Of a stretch of 64,000 nucleotides of DNA, positions 61,713-64,000 are shown piece after piece. This DNA comes from Nitrospirota bacterium (GTDB lineage: Bacteria; Nitrospirota; UBA9217). The notes below the pieces were generated by a model. The model saw only the letters and a program-made list of their open reading frames with translations, searched no databases and was not told the DNA's origin. A program made the translations under genes and the position numbers. The stretch lies in the NCBI GenBank assembly GCA_963754875.1, contig CAVWHO010000020.1, positions 401,405 to 465,404 on the forward strand. Direction: 5' to 3'. Position 1 is the stretch's first letter; each line of letters opens with the position of its first letter.

Positions 61713-62568
61713 TCAATGCACGGAGCAGGATATGCAGGGGTCGTAAGACCTGACGAGCATCTGGGCGAGGAGTTCTATCTTCTGATCATTGGCCCCTTGT
61801 TTTGCATACTGGGCAACAAGGGCGCTGAGATCGTGTTGGATGTTGGCGTGGTTCTGGCTCGTGGGAATGACACAATCAGCGGACATGATTCTGCCGTCCT
61901 TGTCGAACTCGTAGCAATGATAGAGGATCCCCCGTGGCACTTCAACCGCGCCGACACCGACGCCGCTCTTTGGGGCAACCTTCTGTCGCGGTTCCTGCCA
62001 TGCTGAGCCTGTAAGCTCGTCGATAAGAGTGATGGCGTCCATGACCACGTGAATGCATTCTACCAGCTGCGCGATGTTGTTCATATACGGATTGTGGTTC
62101 ACCGGCTTGAGCCCGAATCTTACTGCAATCTCCCTGGCTGTGGGGTGAAGAAATATATAATTATTGTTCACACGCGCAAGCGCTCCAACGGCAAACGATT
62201 CGCGCGACAAGCGGCTCCATTTTGAAGTCGACTGCTCCACCAGGAATTCATTGGTCATCAACCGGTATTCGTGTTCTTTCTTAATAACGCCGTCCGTGGA
62301 AGCCAAATCTCCACCGATGAAGGGATAGCTTCCTTCACCTTTCAGCGAGACAAATTCGGTCTCCCGAGTGAAGTCGGGCAGTACAATCTGCCGGAATAGT
62401 TCCGCGGTGCGCAAAAGGTCTTCTCCAGCGTCTTTCAACCGGGTACTGAATTGCACGAGTTCTTTTTTTTCGGGCAACATGGTGAAGCCGCCCACGATTG
62501 TTCTCGTAGGGTGCATCCGTCGTCCGCCGATGCAGTCGCAAACGTCATTTGCCAATTGCTTCATCCGC
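61713..62568 (-). CDS. [NiFe] hydrogenase large subunit (group 3b-like), C-terminal part only
   Basis: 'VGALARVN','EVPRGILYH','YDPCISCSVH'; 5' part lost at the fold-back. Confidence 0.9.
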
Positions 62569-64000
62569 GCGGACGACGGATGCACCCTGAGAACAATCGT
62601 GGGCGGCTTCACCATGTTGCCGAAAAAAAGAACTCGTGCAATTCAGTACCCGGTTGAACAGCTGGAGAAGACCTTTTGCGCGCCGCGGAACTCTGCCGGA
62701 CATTCGTACTGCCCGACTTCACTCGGGAGACCGAATTTGTCTCGCTGAAAGGTGAAGGAAGCTATCCCTCGTCGCTTCCACGGACGGCGTTTATTAAGAA
62801 AGAACACGAATACCCGGTTGATGACCAATGAATTCCTGGTGGAGCAGTCGACTTCGATGGAGCCGCTTGTCGCGCGAATCGTTTGCCGTTGGAGCGCTTG
62901 CGCGTGTGAACAATAATTATATATTTCTTTCACCCCACAGCCAGGGAGATTGCAGTAAGATTCGGGCTCAAGCCGGGTGAAGCGCGATATCCGTTTATGA
63001 ACAACATCGCGCAGCTGGTAGAATGCATTCCACGTGGTCATGGACGCCGTCACTGTTATCGACGAGCTTACAGGCCCACATGGCAGGAACCGCGACAGAA
63101 GGTTGCCCCAAAGAGCGGCGTCGGTGTCGGCGCGGTTGAAGTGCCACGGGGGATCCTCTATCATTGCTACGAGTTCGACAAGGACGGCAAGATCGTGTCC
63201 GGTGTGTGCTGTTGTCCCACGACCAGAGGCCAGCCGCCAACATCCAACACGATCTGACGCCCTTGTTGCCCAGTATCCAAAACAAGGGGCCAATGATCAG
63301 AAGATAGAACTCCTCGCCCAGATGCTCGTCAGGTCTTACGACCCCTGCATATCCTGCTCCGTGCATTGAAAATCCGTCTTTTTTCTTGACAACATTGGTA
63401 CGTGATGTTAAATTAATCACCTTGTTGCGGCAAATTATGTGGGGCTGTAGCTCAGCTGGGAGAGCACAAGGCTGGCAGTCTTGGGGTCAGGGGTTCGATC
63501 CCCCTCAGCTCCACCAAGTAATCAAGGGGTTAGCTTGCAAAAGCTGACCCTTTTTCTATGTCTGTATCAGTTACTGTACCAGTTCATTTTTTTTCATGGG
63601 CAATAATAGAAATAATCGAAAAATTTTCCGTCACGGTTTCCTTGAAATATTCATGAGATCCGAAATCCTACTTGCTTCTCGACAGCCAAAATCATGCGGT
63701 CACTTTTGTGGAACTCTTGTGGCCGGCCTGAGCGCTCGGTTCCCTTTAATTCATCGGAAACATAATATTCTCGAACTACATCGTCATTGACAGCATGCCA
63801 TTTGTCTGATAATATAATGCCAGATGACAGGAGGTTACTTCCATGTTTACCGAACAGAATATAGTATCAGTCCTTGGCGGCCAGACATCTCTTGGACGCA
63901 AAATTAAAAGCACCCTGGACTTGGACAAGCTCATCCGCGAGGGGTTTCCTTAGAAGCGGGCAAGCATGTCAGGGGCTTGCTGGACCTTCCCTTCCTCGGC
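62569..64000 (+). other. Error-rich inverted duplicate of ~61090-62527, including a second tRNA-Ala copy at 63441-63516
   Basis: Reverse complement of the left arm with many indels; ~40-nt loop at 62528-62568. Confidence 0.9.

Noticed and set aside
62569..62615. N-terminus 'MVKPPTIVLRVHPSSA' of the hydrogenase ORF
   Set aside because: Created by reading across the inversion junction
63441..63516. Second tRNA-Ala gene
   Set aside because: Lies within the probable fold-back artifact

Overview
A 64-kb accessory region from an anaerobic-type bacterium; the gene content is Nitrospirota/Desulfobacterota-like, which is my inference. From left to right it contains a PAP2 gene, a decayed transglutaminase-like surface-protein locus, two IS21 and two IS630 insertions with visible target duplications, a long minus-strand flavin/redox cluster, a multiheme cytochrome, a repeat lipoprotein, toxin-antitoxin pairs, attC-like remnants and a LolA/ABC export operon. 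The highlight is a ~16-kb island with no integrase (45526-61610), bounded by a 46-bp direct repeat of the 3' half of tRNA-Ala(GGC). It carries a co-oriented arsenic/mercury gene run (AhpC-like, TetR, AhpD-like, arsS, OsmC, HD-GYP, DUF547, two flavin disulfide reductases, pentaheme cytochrome, merF, merA, merB-fusion). Four of these genes are split by in-frame TGA codons that fall where a Cys is expected, and each TGA is followed by a SECIS-like hairpin. They are read here as selenoproteins, including an apparent selenocysteine TetR regulator and a Sec-thioredoxin-fold/MerB fusion that the ORF track misses. The last ~1.4 kb is an error-rich inverted copy of the preceding sequence, probably a fold-back artifact. 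Several single-base frameshifts suggest residual long-read indels.
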